DNA of 64,000 nucleotides from Octopus vulgaris (taxonomy: Eukaryota): positions 98,766,001 through 98,830,000 of the forward strand of contig OX597818.1 in assembly GCA_951406725.2 (NCBI GenBank), given 5' to 3'. The notes under the pieces are model-generated. The model searched no databases and was not told the DNA's origin. It worked only from the letters and a program-made list of their open reading frames with translations. Within the stretch, counting starts at the first letter, position 1. Each line of letters opens with the position of its first letter. The translations under genes were made by a program, and so were the position numbers. Positions 12,726 through 26,400 of the stretch are shown here, piece by piece.

Positions 12726-14180
12726 TCATTTACTTTTAATCTGCATGTTTGATGCAATCACCTGCCGGGGCACACCCAGCGCCCTAGGGCAAGTGAAGGT
12801 TAAGAGTTGTTGAAATATAGCTGAAAGCTTGGGGAGGGGAAGTAGAGATATATCTCCATGTAATGCAAACATAGACATTTACATTGATAGGGTTTTTCTA
12901 AGGATGTGGGCAGTACTTGTTAGCACAATCTTTTGGATTTCCTTGAGACATGGTTTTCCAGGGATATTGTCTAGGTGTTTCTGACATCCCTTTTTTATCA
13001 TACCTAGGGCACCTACAATAACAGGAACAGTTTTTGTTTTAAGATTCCACATCCTCTGTATTTCGATTTCCAGGTCCTTATATTTACTAAGTTTGTCAAA
13101 TTCCTTGACAGATACATTTTTATCAGTGGGGACGCTTACTTCTATTAGTCTGCAGGTATTTTCTTCCCTGTCTTTAACAATTATGTCTGGTCGATTAGCC
13201 TTGATCGTTCTGTCAGTGTTGACTGGAAAATCCCAGAGGATGGTGACATCTTTACCTTCAACAACTGGCTGAGGATGGTGTTCATACCAGTTAGCAGGAG
13301 TGTCGGATTTGTAGTGTTTACATATCTTCCAATGTATATACTGTCCTACCCTATCGTGGCGATTTTTGTATTCGTTTGGTGTCAGCACAGGACATCCCGA
13401 AACGAGATGGTCTATCGTTTCGTCAAATGTGTCGCAGAATCTGCATTTAGGGTCAGTACCGTTTCGGAGAACGTTAGCCTGGTAATTTCTGGTAAACAAG
13501 CTTTGATCTTGTGCTGCCATTATGAAACCTTCAGTCTCTGCTTTCAATCCAGAGCTCTTCAGCCACTGATGGGTTGTTGCTTGGTCTACATCAGCATTTT
13601 GGCTTCGGAGAATATATTGTCCATGCAGGGGCTTCTGGCTCCACCGCCTCTCAATTTGATTCTGCCCGTTCTTTTTTGCAGTCTGCTTGATTCGCTTTGC
13701 TTGCTTGGTAGCAGTGGTTTCCGGCTCTTCATCTGATTCAAGGTTAATGTCTAGTTCCCTTTCGAACTTATAAGCTTCCTTGACAATAGAATGCAGCTTT
13801 TTGTTGCTTTCGTGTTCGCACACAAGTCGCAGCATCCAGTCCTTTGTACTAGATAGGTACCTGTTCATTCCTACAGTAGAGGTCTTATAGCACAGCTCTA
13901 ATTGCATCATTCCTCTCCCCCCGCTGCTTCTAGGTAGGTACAAGCGGTCTACATCTGCCTTAGGGTGGTGCATGCTCTTGGATGTCAGTAACTTTCTTGT
14001 CTTCCTGTCTAAGCGTTGGAGTTCCGTAAGGTTCCAGTTAATGATATTAAAACTGTACTGGACTACTGGAAGTGCCAGGGTGTTAATGGCCTCAATGCAA
14101 TTTTTGGAGTTGAGTTCAGTCTTCAGTACAAGCCTTATTCTCCTATAGTATTCCTTTCTTATTTTTTCCTTCATAGTAGC
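12726..14180 (-). mobile_element. Dong/R4-clade LINE copy B, 5' truncated, with an uninterrupted 431-aa C-terminal ORF
   Basis: ORF 12879-14174 contains LHGQY, AAQDQSL, CRFC..H..SGC, RHD, RPDIIV..LIEVSVP, KYKDL. Flanked by (TAT)n on both sides. Confidence 0.92.
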
Positions 14181-14183
14181 TTA

Positions 14184-14219
<36 letters not shown>

Positions 14220-14273
14220 CATCATCATTATTATTATTATTATCATTATTATTATCATTATTATTATTATTAA

Positions 14274-14321
<48 letters not shown>

Positions 14322-14324
14322 TAC

Positions 14325-14353
<29 letters not shown>
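14181..14353. repeat. (TAT)n target tract between Dong copies B and C
   Basis: Direct reading. Confidence 0.95.
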
Positions 14354-14355
<2 letters not shown>

Positions 14356-15875
14356 TAGTTTTATTTTTATAGCGTGCTTTCACTTCACTACCGAGCGCAG
14401 CTCTGTGTGCCTTGGGTATGTGCTGTGATTTGTTGTGATGCTCTGATGGTTATTGTATGGAAAGTGTTCTGCGTAGGATGTGTGCATGCCTAGTAGTGCA
14501 ATTTTCTGTATGTTATATGTGTTTGTAAGTCCTGGTGTTTTTGTTATGTATTTGTCTGAATATTTTTTTATCATGCCTAATGCACCTACTATGATAGGAA
14601 TTGTTTCTGTTTTCAGGTTCCACATTCTAGTTACCTCTATTTCCAGGTCTTTGTATTTTGAGAGTTTCTCCATTTCTTTTAGAGACACGTTGTCATCTGC
14701 TGGTATTGATACATCAATTAGAAAGCATTTTTTTCTTCATGGTCTCTGACAACTATATCTGGTCTGTTGGCCTTAATTTCTCTATCTGTATGTATCGGCA
14801 TATCCCAGAGTATGGTTGCTTTCTCGTTTTCTGTGACCTTTTCTGGTGTGTGCCTATACCATCTTTTTTCTGTTGTTATTCCATAATGTTGGCACAGCTT
14901 CCAATGTATGTAGGTTCCAACTCTGTCATGTCTGTGAATATATTCCTTCTTAGGCAGGACTGGGCAGCTAGAGATAATATGATTTATTGTTTCTTGTCCA
15001 TCTCCACATATTCTGCAGTTACTTGTAATATTTCTTTTCATTACATGTTTTTGGTAATTTCTGGTGGGGAGGCTTTGGTCTTGTGCTGCAATTAAAAATC
15101 CCTCTGTTTCTGCTTTGAGTCCTGAGCTTCTCAACCATTGCTGGGATTTTTCTTTGTCTATTTCTTTTGCGTTTAGTTTAGTGCAGTATTTACCATGAAG
15201 GGGCTTTTCTTGCCATCGTTTTATCATAGCTCGTTGCTGTTCTATTTTTAGTTTGGATTTCATTTGTTTTATAGCTTTTGTTGTTTCTTCATCATCTTCT
15301 TCTTCTTCTTTGTGTTTATTAGGTGGTATGATTTCTTGTTTGTATTTGTCAGCTTCCTTAAATACTGAGAACAGTTTTTTGTTTTGCTCGTGTTTTGCTG
15401 CTATCTGGATCAGTTTTCCTTCCTTCTGAAGTAGGTATTTTTGCAGTCCTATGGTGGTTATTTTATAGTAGTTTTCCAGCTGTATAAGGCCTCTACCACC
15501 TTCTATACGTTGTATATATAGTCTTTCTATGTCAGATTTTGGGTGATGCATCCTAGATCCTGTCAGTATTTTTCTTGTTTTCCTATCTATTTTGGACAGT
15601 TCATTTCGTGTCCAGTTAAGGATATTGTAGCTGTAACTTATAACTGGGACAGCTAAAGTGTTGATACCTATTATCTTGTTTTTAGCATTGAGCTCTGTGT
15701 TTAGTATTGATCTAACTCGTCTATAATATTCTTTTTTTATTTTCTCTTCATTATTGTGTCTTATCTATTATTTCCTATATTTGTAAGTTTGGCTTTGGTC
15801 TAATTCTTTTATTTCATTGGTTTTATCTAGTGTGATGTTGTTACTCTTAACTAGTTTTCCTCTTTTCATGGTTAT
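14354..15875 (-). mobile_element. Dong/R4-clade LINE copy C, 5' truncated
   Basis: ORFs 14718-15551 and 14380-14688 carry the CCHC and RLE motifs. (TAT)n on both sides. Confidence 0.9.
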
Positions 15876-15898
15876 TAATATTATTATTATTATTATTA

Positions 15899-15933
<35 letters not shown>

Positions 15934-17322
15934 GTTCAGTAGTTTTATTTTTATAGCATGCTTTCACTTCACTGCCGAGCGCAGCTCTGTGTGCCTTGGG
16001 TATGTGCTGTGATTTGTTGTGATGCTCTGATGGTTATTGTATGGAAAGTGTTCTGCGTAGGATGTGTGCAGTGCCTAGAAGTGCTATTTTCTGTATGTTA
16101 TACGTGTTTGTAAGTCCTGGTGTTTTTGTTATGTATTTGTCTGAGTATTTTTTTATCATGCCTTATGCACCTACTATGATAGGAATTGTTTCTGTTTTTA
16201 GATTCCTCATTCTGGTTACCTCTATTTCCAGGTCTTTGTATTTTGAAAGTTTCTCCTTTTCTTTTAGAGACACGTTGTCATCTGCCGGTATTGATACATC
16301 AATTAGAAAGCATTTTTTTCTTCATCATCTCTGACAACTATATCTGGTCTGTTGGCCTTAATTTCTCTATCTGTATGTATCGGCATATCCCAGAGTATGG
16401 TTGCTTTCTTGTTTTCTGTGACCTTTTCTGGTGTGTACCTATACCATCTTTTTTCTGTTGTTATTCCATAATATTGGCATCGCTTCCAGTGTATGTAGGT
16501 CCCACCTCTGTCGTGTCTGTGAATATATTCCTTCTTAGCCAGGACTGGGCAGCCAGAGATAATATGATTTATTGTTTCTTGCCCATCTCCACATATTCTG
16601 CAGTTACTTGTTATTTTTCTTTTCATTACATGTTTTTGGTAATTTCTGGTGGGGAGGCTTTGGTCTTGTGCTGCAATTAAAAATCCCTCTGTCTCTGCTT
16701 TGAGTCCTGAGCTTCTTGACCATTGCTGGGATTTTTCTTTGTCTATTTCTATTGCATTTAGTTTAGTCCAGTATTTACCATGAAGGGGCTTTTCTTGCCA
16801 TCGTTTTATCATGGTCCGTTGCTGTTCTAGCTTTAGTTTGGATTTCATTTGTTTTATAGCTTTTGTTGTTTCTTCATCTTCTTCTTCTTCTTCTTCTTCA
16901 TATTTATTAGGTGGCATGATTTCTTGTTTGTATTTGTCAGCTTCTTTAAATACTGGGAACAGTGTTTTGTTTTGCTCGTGTTTTGCCGCTATTTGTATCA
17001 CTTTTTCCTTCCTTGTGAAGTAGATATTTTTGCAGTCCTATGGTGGTTATTTTATAGTAGTTTTCTAGCTGTATAAGGCCTCTACCACCTTCTATACGTT
17101 GTATATATATAGTCTTTCTATGTCAGATTTTGGGTGATGCATCCTAGATCCTGTCATTATTTTTCTTGTTTTCCTATCTATTTTGGTCAGTTCATTTAGT
17201 GTCCAGTTAAGGATATTGTAGCTGTAACTTATAACTGGGACAGCTAAAGTGTTGATACCTATTATCTTGTTTTTAGCATTGAGCTCTGTTTTTAGTATTG
17301 ATCTAACTCGTCTATAATATTC

Positions 17323-17323
<1 letters not shown>
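15934..17323 (-). mobile_element. Dong/R4-clade LINE copy D (same subfamily as C), 5' truncated
   Basis: ORF 16303-17001 is nearly collinear with copy C and has the same 3' UTR. (TAT)n at 15872-15933 and 17324-17403. Confidence 0.9.
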
Positions 17324-17403
<80 letters not shown>

Positions 17404-18660
17404 TTTCCTTCTTTCTTCAAATTTTCTTCCGTTTCTCGCCGAGTGTTTTCCGTACACCTAGGACAAAGAAGCTCATTGTATGCATTCCCAGATTACACAC
17501 GCAAATTCACAAGTAAAATATGTATTTAAGAAATTAATAAATAAATAAATTCATGAATGGATGTTGTTTTCACAGCGATAATGCTCTTCTCGGTACATGA
17601 GTCATTCCAGTTAACACGATTTTTTGCACTTCCTGTAGGGATGGTAAGCCTGGTACCATTTTGAAATAGGTTTCAGTGCCTTCTTTTTATCATTCCTAGA
17701 GACCCTACAATCATTGCTACTGTAATCGCCTTGCGATGCCACATTTTTTCAATTTCTATTAGCAAGTCTTTATATTTACTGATCTTGTCAAATTCTTTCG
17801 TCGCAATATTGTGATCGCAAGGAATACTCATGTCAATTGATAAACACACCTTTTTTGTCTGATTTTTTATAGTAACATCCGGTTTATTAGCTTTTATAGT
17901 TTAATTAGTATGTACGGGGAAGTCCCAAAGAATCGACACATTTTCTCCCTCAATTACAACTTCAGGATGGTGTTTATACCATTTATCAGCAGTTTTGATT
18001 TTATAATGCCGACATGTTGTCCAGTGTAAATACTGGCCGACTCTGTCATGTCTTGCTTTATATTCTACAGGTGCTAAGACTCTAAACCCTGAGATTAGGT
18101 GGTCTATAGTTTCGATCTCATCATTACAGAATCGGCATTTAGGGTCAGCTCCATTTTTTATCACATTAGCTTGGTAGTTCCGGGTTAATAAGCTTTGGTC
18201 TTGAGCAGCTAATATGAAACCTTCACTCTCTGATTTTGGCCCTGAGCTTCGTAACCATTGATGTCCACATCAGCTTGTTTGCTACGGGCAACATACTTAC
18301 CATGCAGAGGTTTCTGTTCCCATCTGCTAGCTAATTTTTCATGTGACTTTGTTTTTTCAATTAATTTTATTTTCTTTGCAGCAGCAGCAGCTAGCACAGC
18401 TCGTTCAACCTGATCAATCTGGTAGGTATCTAAGAGATCAGTAGCGAATATTTTGTTCTCTTTTAGAATAGAGTGAAGTTTTCTCGTTTTTTTACGTTTT
18501 TCAAAAAGTTTTAGCATCAAATCGTTGGTTGTTTCAATGTATTCGGCCAGTTCGATTGTGGTGGTTTTGTACGTAAGTTCAAGCTGGATCAAGCCTCGAA
18601 CTTCCTGAGCTCTGGAAAGGTAAAGATGATCCACATTTGCTTTTGGATGTCATAGTTATA
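17404..18660 (-). mobile_element. Dong/R4-clade LINE copy E (related to A), degraded
   Basis: ORFs 17901-18164 and 18209-18634 (LHGKYVARSKQADVD, CRFC, RHDRVGQYLHW). 3' UTR similar to copy A. Confidence 0.85.
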
Positions 18661-18704
18661 AATATATTTATATACATACATACATACATACATACATACA
18701 TACA

Positions 18705-18736
<32 letters not shown>

Positions 18737-18739
18737 CAG

Positions 18740-18779
<40 letters not shown>

Positions 18780-19041
18780 GCATGAGTGTATACATTAGAG
18801 TATGTTTATGAGTACAATAAATTAAAGCAAAAATGTTAATGCAATAAGCAGAGCGCACTCACTCACACCCATGCAAAACAACTCGCAAATATGACTCATA
18901 CATATAAAAAAAATTAGAAAATACATGAAAACAGAAAATATAAAAATAAAACAGAAAAGAAGTACAAAACAAAATATTTCTTATCCAAGTTGCATTTTAT
19001 CTCTGAATAATTGCTTTAGTGTATTAAGGTACATTTCTCTG

Positions 19042-19270
19042 GGCGGCGAGCTGGCAGAATCGTTAGCACGCCGGGCGAAATGCTCAGCAGTATTTCGTCT
19101 GTCGCTACGTTCTGAGTTCAAATTCCGCAGAGGTCGACTTTGCCTTTCATCCTTCCGGGGTCGATAAAGAAAGTACCAGTTATGCACTGGGGTCGATTTA
19201 ATCGACTCAATCGCTTTGTCTGTCCTTGTTTGTCCCCTCTATGTTTAGCCCCTTGTGGGCAATAAAGAAA
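19042..19270 (+). mobile_element. SINE family M copy
   Basis: Full head, core and tail. Confidence 0.85.
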
Positions 19271-19500
19271 TATATATTAAGGTATATTTCTCTCTCTTAC
19301 CATTTTAGTTTCACTTTCTCTCTTTTTTTTACTTAATTTAGAATGAAGACTATAACCAGAATTGTCTATCTGTCACTCCATACCGATGAAGCACAACCAC
19401 GAAGAATCACACATACATTCATGCATACATACATAGATACATACATAGATACATACATAGATACATACATACATACGTAGATACATACGTACATACATAC

Positions 19501-19578
<78 letters not shown>

Positions 19579-19789
19579 TATGCAATGAAATATGAATTAT
19601 GAAATAAATTTAAATTCAATTTTGTAAACATAATGCTTTGAATAATTCATTTCCCAACTTTGTTCTCTCCATTACACACAAAATGGTCTCTTTGACTGAG
19701 CTACAGTACGTGGCCAAGCGTAGACCGTGACAGGGTACCTGGCATTTACAGTGTCGTCAGGTGCTCATAACCTTCTGTTACTCGGACAA

Positions 19790-20060
19790 TGCGGTTGGTG
19801 GAAGTTCAATTTTTTGTTGGCGGCTCTTGAATACATACCCAGCCTTTGCTTTCCTCAAAATCAGTGTTAGTGATATCAAGCACATTACAAAGATCAGTGG
19901 AAACAGGTAGTTTGGATGCTGCCTCTCCAGATTTCTATTGTCCCTAAACTTCTTCCATATGCTGTCAGTTCCAGCCTCCACTTGGCTATACTGTTTCCAA
20001 GCAGTCGCTCAACATTCAAGGTAACGCTAAATAGGTTCATACGTTCCATAATCCAGGTTC
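19790..20060 (-). mobile_element. Degraded Dong/R4 RT fragment
   Basis: LFPLIFVMCLISLTLILRKAKAGYVFK parallels SPLIFCIALIPLT..RTGYGYK in copy A. Confidence 0.55.
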
Positions 20061-20144
20061 ATATATATCGTACGCCTTACGTTAATTTTCCATTATTATT
20101 ATCATTGTTATTATTATTGTAGTTGTTGTTGTTGTTGTTGTTTG

Positions 20145-20337
20145 ACGAGCTGGCAGAATCTTTCGCACGCCGGGAAAAATGCTTAGTGGCATTTCATCTG
20201 TCTGCACATTCTGAGTTCAAATTCTGCTGTATCATCTTTTAGAGGTCGATGAACTAAGAACCAGTGAGACCCTGGGATTGGTGTAATCGACTTACCCTCC
20301 GCCCGAAATTTAGGGCCTTGTGCCTTTAATAGAAGGG

Positions 20338-20399
<62 letters not shown>

Positions 20400-21069
20400 T
20401 ATTAGGCAGAAAACTGGCACAATCGTTAGCGCGGAGAAAATTGTTTCGCCGTATTTCATCCATCATTGCATTTTGAGTTCAAATTCCGCGGGGGTCGACT
20501 TTATCTTTCAGTCGTACAAAGGAGGCAAACATTTTGAAACATTTCTACTGGGCACAGTTTTCTGATTTCTTTTATATTCCTCTTCTTGGTGAACACTAAT
20601 TCTGTTACTAAGCACCCAATTTTGGAAAAATGCTTAACGGTATTTCGCCCGTCACTACATTCTGAGTTCATATTCCGGCGATGTTGACTTTGCCTTTCAT
20701 CCTTTCGGGTCGATGAATTAAGTACCAGTGAGATACTGTGGTCGATGTAATCGACTGTCCCCTTTCCCCAAATTTCATGCCTAGTATCTATAGTAGAAAG
20801 AATAGTTATTATTATTCTTGAATGAGAGAACAGTACATACCTATTTCTTTACTACCCACAAGGGGCTAAACACAGAGGGGACAAACAAGGACAGACAAAC
20901 GGATTAAGTCGATTATATCGACCCCAGTGCGTGACTGGTACTTCTTTAATCGACCCCGAAAGGATGAAAGGCAAAGTCGACCTCGGCGAAATTTGAACTC
21001 AGAACGTAGCGGCAGACGAAATATTGCTAAGCATTTCGCCCGGCGTGCTAACGATTTTGCCAGCTCGCC
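20145..21069. mobile_element. Cluster of four SINE family M copies (three + and one - at 20843-21069) around an (ATT)n tract
   Basis: Repeated GAGTTCAAATTC / GGGGTCGA core motifs. Confidence 0.75.
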
Positions 21070-21172
21070 GTCCTAACCAGTTCGCCGCCCTAACCAGCTC
21101 GCTGTACATACCCTCAAAGTGACACTGGGGTAAAATATACGAAGCCCAGTATACCTACCATGACTACCCGTC

Positions 21173-21219
<47 letters not shown>

Positions 21220-21859
21220 TGAAAAATCGAAGGAAAATCTACACCACCAAGAATGAATAGGCTGAGGGCTTCCCGCAGCAGTAGCTTCAATTGATCGCTT
21301 TGCGATAGTGGGGAAATCTGCCGAAAACAGAAACAATAAGAACAGCTGTATAAAAAAAAAGGAACACAGACTAAAGAAATGAATGCTAATAACACAAACG
21401 GGATGTACAGAAATGTACCAGTCTTCTTACCCTGGTTGAAGTCCATAGTTCCTCGAAGGAAACATAATTTCTAGTAGAATTTGCTGGAAAAGCTGAAAGT
21501 GGATAATTACTGTGCTCGATTCAAAGTTGATAGGAGACGAACGCTTCAAGCTACGAAATGATAATTGGTTTAATCACACACTGTTCACAGAATATTTCGG
21601 TGGTAAAGGTTTGGCCAATATCGAATTTGCTAATAAACTCTGAATCTGGAAGAGGTAGGTTTAGTTGCGCAAATGTAATGGGTGCTCCGATAAGATGTGA
21701 TCTGAATCGTACTGTGCTCCAATCATTCATTGATGGCAAGTTCTCGCTCTTTCTTGTATTGCTTCTATTGTTTATGAAATTCATAACATGTCAATTCTGC
21801 TTTACATTTTTGCAATTCCAATTAATTTTCTTTTCCTTGAATGTATATGTATATATATA

Positions 21860-22240
21860 TCATCATCATCATCATCATCGTTTAACATCCACTTTCCATG
21901 CTAGCATGGGTTGGACGATTTTGACTGAGGGCTGGCGAACCAGATGGCTGCACTTGATTTGGCGCCAAACTTGATTTGGCAGAGTTTCTACAGCTGGATG
22001 CCCTTCCTAACGCCAACCACTCCGAGAGTGTAGTGGGTGGTTTTTACGTGCCAGCGGCACGGGTGCCAGTCAGGCGGTACTAGCAACGACCTCACTCGAA
22101 TATTTTTACTCATTCCACCAGCACAGGTGCCAGTAAGGCGACGTTGGTAACGATCACGCTCGAATGGTGCTCTTTTACATGCCACCGGCACGAAAACCAG
22201 TTGGCTGCTCTGGCAACGATCACGCTCGGATGGTGCTCTA
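21860..22240 (-). mobile_element. SINE-like repeat with (GAT)n tail and internal ~65-bp imperfect tandem units
   Basis: Minus strand contains GTGGTTGGCGTTAGGAAGGGCATCCAGCTGTAGAAAC. The plus strand shows recurring GGCAACGATCACGCTCGAATGGTGCTC-like units. Confidence 0.55.
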
Positions 22241-22389
22241 TTTATATATATATATATATATATCACATGATCACGTGACCGATCAGGCTATCAGATGTTG
22301 CTACATATCGCTGGTCACAATGCGCTTCGCATTGTTTTAGCCTTCAAATGACGCCAACAGAAGAAAAGGCCAACAGAAGAAAGGCCAAC

Positions 22390-22913
<524 letters not shown>

Positions 22914-23392
22914 ATATTGTTATATTTCGGAATGGTCATATTGCCAGTTTAGCCAATAAAAACACACGCACTATATATTTGGTGTTATTTTGCTTCAGTG
23001 ATATTTATTTTTTACATTAATCTTAATCTTATTTCGGCCAAAGTTCTTTCGTCACACTCCTGTGACCGCATCAGTGGTCCTTTGTTTTCTTCTCACTTAC
23101 TTGTGTCTCTCCTTACTAACCGTCAGCCATTTTGTATTTCTATTGTATGTCTTCATTTGCGCATGCTTATATCTCTATGTGCGTCTATGTTTATTTAGTG
23201 TGTGTGGGGGGATGCCTGTAATATTTGTATCTTCTGGTTATATACATTCTTGTAATTTGTATTTTGTTTTTGTTGTTGTTGCTTTTGTTCTAATTTTGTT
23301 CATGTGTTTACATCCACCCATTATTATCATTACATATGCTTGTATGTATGTATAACAACAATATTAGTAATAATAATAATAAATCTAATTGA

Positions 23393-23475
<83 letters not shown>

Positions 23476-26400
23476 TATACACATATACATACACACACAT
23501 ACACACATATACATATATATAGTTATTCATTTCTATTTCTTTAATTATCTGTGTATTTATTATGTTTGCAGGATCCACTATCGTCATATGTTGTGGTGTG
23601 CGCTATTGCTCCATTCTAGTTTTCTATTCAGGCTAGGTTTATTTTCTATTATATGTGTAGCTTCTGTAATTTGTCTAATTGTTGCATCTGTTCTATGTGT
23701 GGACAATATCTTAATCTCTATGTTATTGATTGATCCCCCGTGTTCTTGTTCAGCGTGTTGGTACAGAATCGATGAGCTTTTACCTTCCTTGAGTTGTCTC
23801 CAATGTTCATTCACCCGCTCACCAATGCTTCTTGCTGTTTCCCCTACGTATGTTACTGTCTTGTTACTGCATCGTCCCTCTATACATCTTATACTATAGA
23901 CCACATTTCTGGCTTTACAGTTTGTTTGTGGGCTAAATCTACATACAGTGCAATAGTTATCCGTACAGAGAGTTCTACTAAAAGGATAGCTTCTACCAAT
24001 TATAGATCTGATAGGGTTGCCTGGCTTTTCAACAACCTTAATTCTTAGTTTAAGTTTATCTAGGGTCCTTCTAAAGCGGTACGCCAGTTCACCTCCAGGG
24101 GTGGTGTCAACGAACATGACACTCTGGTATTTATGGCTATCATACCAAGAGTTGGCCTTCCCTATTTTCTTTTTTTGTCCTTTCTATAGTGTTCCATGAC
24201 TTGTTCCTATAGAGTGGGCAAATCCCATTCCTATCATTACATAATATATTATCAAATTTCTTCATGGCTCCTTTGTATACTCTGACCTTTCTTTATGGCT
24301 GTAACCTGAGAACTGCATGCGGTGAATGAAATACTGTATGTGTCTCTTTAATTCTGTAGGCTCGCACATGCGTGACACATTTCTCATTATTCTGACGAGG
24401 TCTGCCATCAAAATATTGAATTTGGCATTGCCCGCAATGGCTGAGTTCCGGTGGATCAGGTATTTTGAGGCCATAGGTTTTGCATAGTATGAATGAAGGA
24501 TTTGGGTTTTATTTTTCACAATTTCTAGCCAGAGTTCAGTGTCTAGTACTGGTAGTCTATGGTTGGGGTGTTTAGTGGGGTAGTCTATTGTGACCTTAAT
24601 ACTCTGGTGGATGGAGTTAGCTATTTGCTGGATGCTCTCCATAGTATTAGTTTCTATTACTATATCAACATTACTCTCTTGTGGGGGTGCCTTTACTACT
24701 ATATTGATATCATCAACATAGCGAGAGTACATGTTTACGAGTATGGATTTCTGCAGTAGGCATTCTTTAAGCCTTCTGTCCCACCATACCATGAAGAGGT
24801 TGGCCACATCACCAGCGATACTAACACCGATGGCTGCCCCCTCGTCCTGGGCATATATTTTATTATTAAATTTAAATGTGTGGCCTTTTAGGGTAACTCT
24901 TATACTAGCTCCTAGTGCATGTGCGATCATTTTCTTTACCTGATGGACATTTGCGGGGCTCCGTATGGCTCTGGTCCATCCGCGCCATCTTTCTATATGT
25001 GTCTTCCTAGCCATAGAAGTAATTGTAGGCGGTCTACCTCTTAAACATCTACTGGGGCAGAAACTACTAAGATTATGTTTATCTAAGTATTCACTATTAT
25101 ATGTCAGTCTAAGTAGGAGGCCCAGTTCTTCTGTGTCGACATTACAGAACTCCACCTGGCTCTCGTTGATCATCTCCACGCACTTCTCCACTGCAAAATC
25201 TACGTCAATCGATGGGTATAGGGATACCACATCCATGCTACCTACTATACATCCTGTCAAGTCACAAGTTTTGTTACAGTCACTGATCCTGCTTAGGAGA
25301 TCTTCTGTGCTGTCACACACATCAGGTGACATCCTGATTATAGGGCGTATGATCATTGAGAGGAAGTAGGAGATTCTGTAATTGCTAGCGATATTCGCTC
25401 CACAGACTGGTCTTGTTGGTGGTCCTGCTATAGGGTCAGTAAAACCTTTATGGTCCTTGCGAAGTCCATACAGTGCCGGGATATCATTGTTCCAGGCTTG
25501 GAAATTCTTTGCAGTACGTTTCTGAGGTCCTAGAACAATTGTCCACATCATCATGTGGGCATTGAGGACCTTTTCTCTCTCCTCATGCGCCTGTACAGTT
25601 GTTACTTTTGTATTGGCGATATGAGGTTGCATTGCCTGGATGTAGTTCGGTAAGCTGTCTATTGACATCCTGCCGGACTTATCCGTGGGAAGGCATATCA
25701 CCTCTCCGTTCCTCGTGCGCTGAATGAGCTTCTGTAGGCCACATGCAGGTTTAATCCCGAGTTGTTGGGCATCTGTCTTATTCTGTCTCTGTCTCTTAAT
25801 GTATAATCCTAAAATCTGTCTAAGTTTGGTCCTAGCTATAGTGAACTGTGCTTCCATGTGGTCATTAGTACGTCTTGGGATGTATACTCTTTTGTTGAAG
25901 GGTAATGTTGTTGGATAAATTCGGTTCATGCAGTAAGTTTTGTCGCATACGTTGAAGAATTGAGTGTCAAAGGGATGGGTATACATGTCAATGGTCTCTC
26001 TAGGGTTATCTTCATTATCGTTACTGTTTCCAACATCAGCCTTCCTATTATTATTATCACCATTACCACTACTACTACTACTAGTATTCCTATTACCACC
26101 ACAACTATCACTACTATCCTCATTACTACTTCTACTGTTACCATCACCACTACTACTACCACTATTATTGTTATTACCTTTATTCCTACCATTGCCATTA
26201 TTACTATCATCGCTAGTGATATATTCATTGTTCCTGTTTCTGGTATATGTGTTGTTTATATTAGTGTTGGGTTTTATGTCTGTCTGTTGGTCCCTGTCAT
26301 TCCCCCTGTTGCGGTCGTTATTTTTGTTCCTATGAGTATTGTTATCTGTTTCAAGTCCGCTGACTCCCTGTCCAAGGATCCTGTTGCATTCAACTTTATT

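Noticed and set aside
22040-22240. Repeat-spacer-like units that might suggest a CRISPR array
   Set aside because: Eukaryotic context, imperfect ~65-bp tandem units inside a SINE-like repeat, no unique spacers or cas genes.
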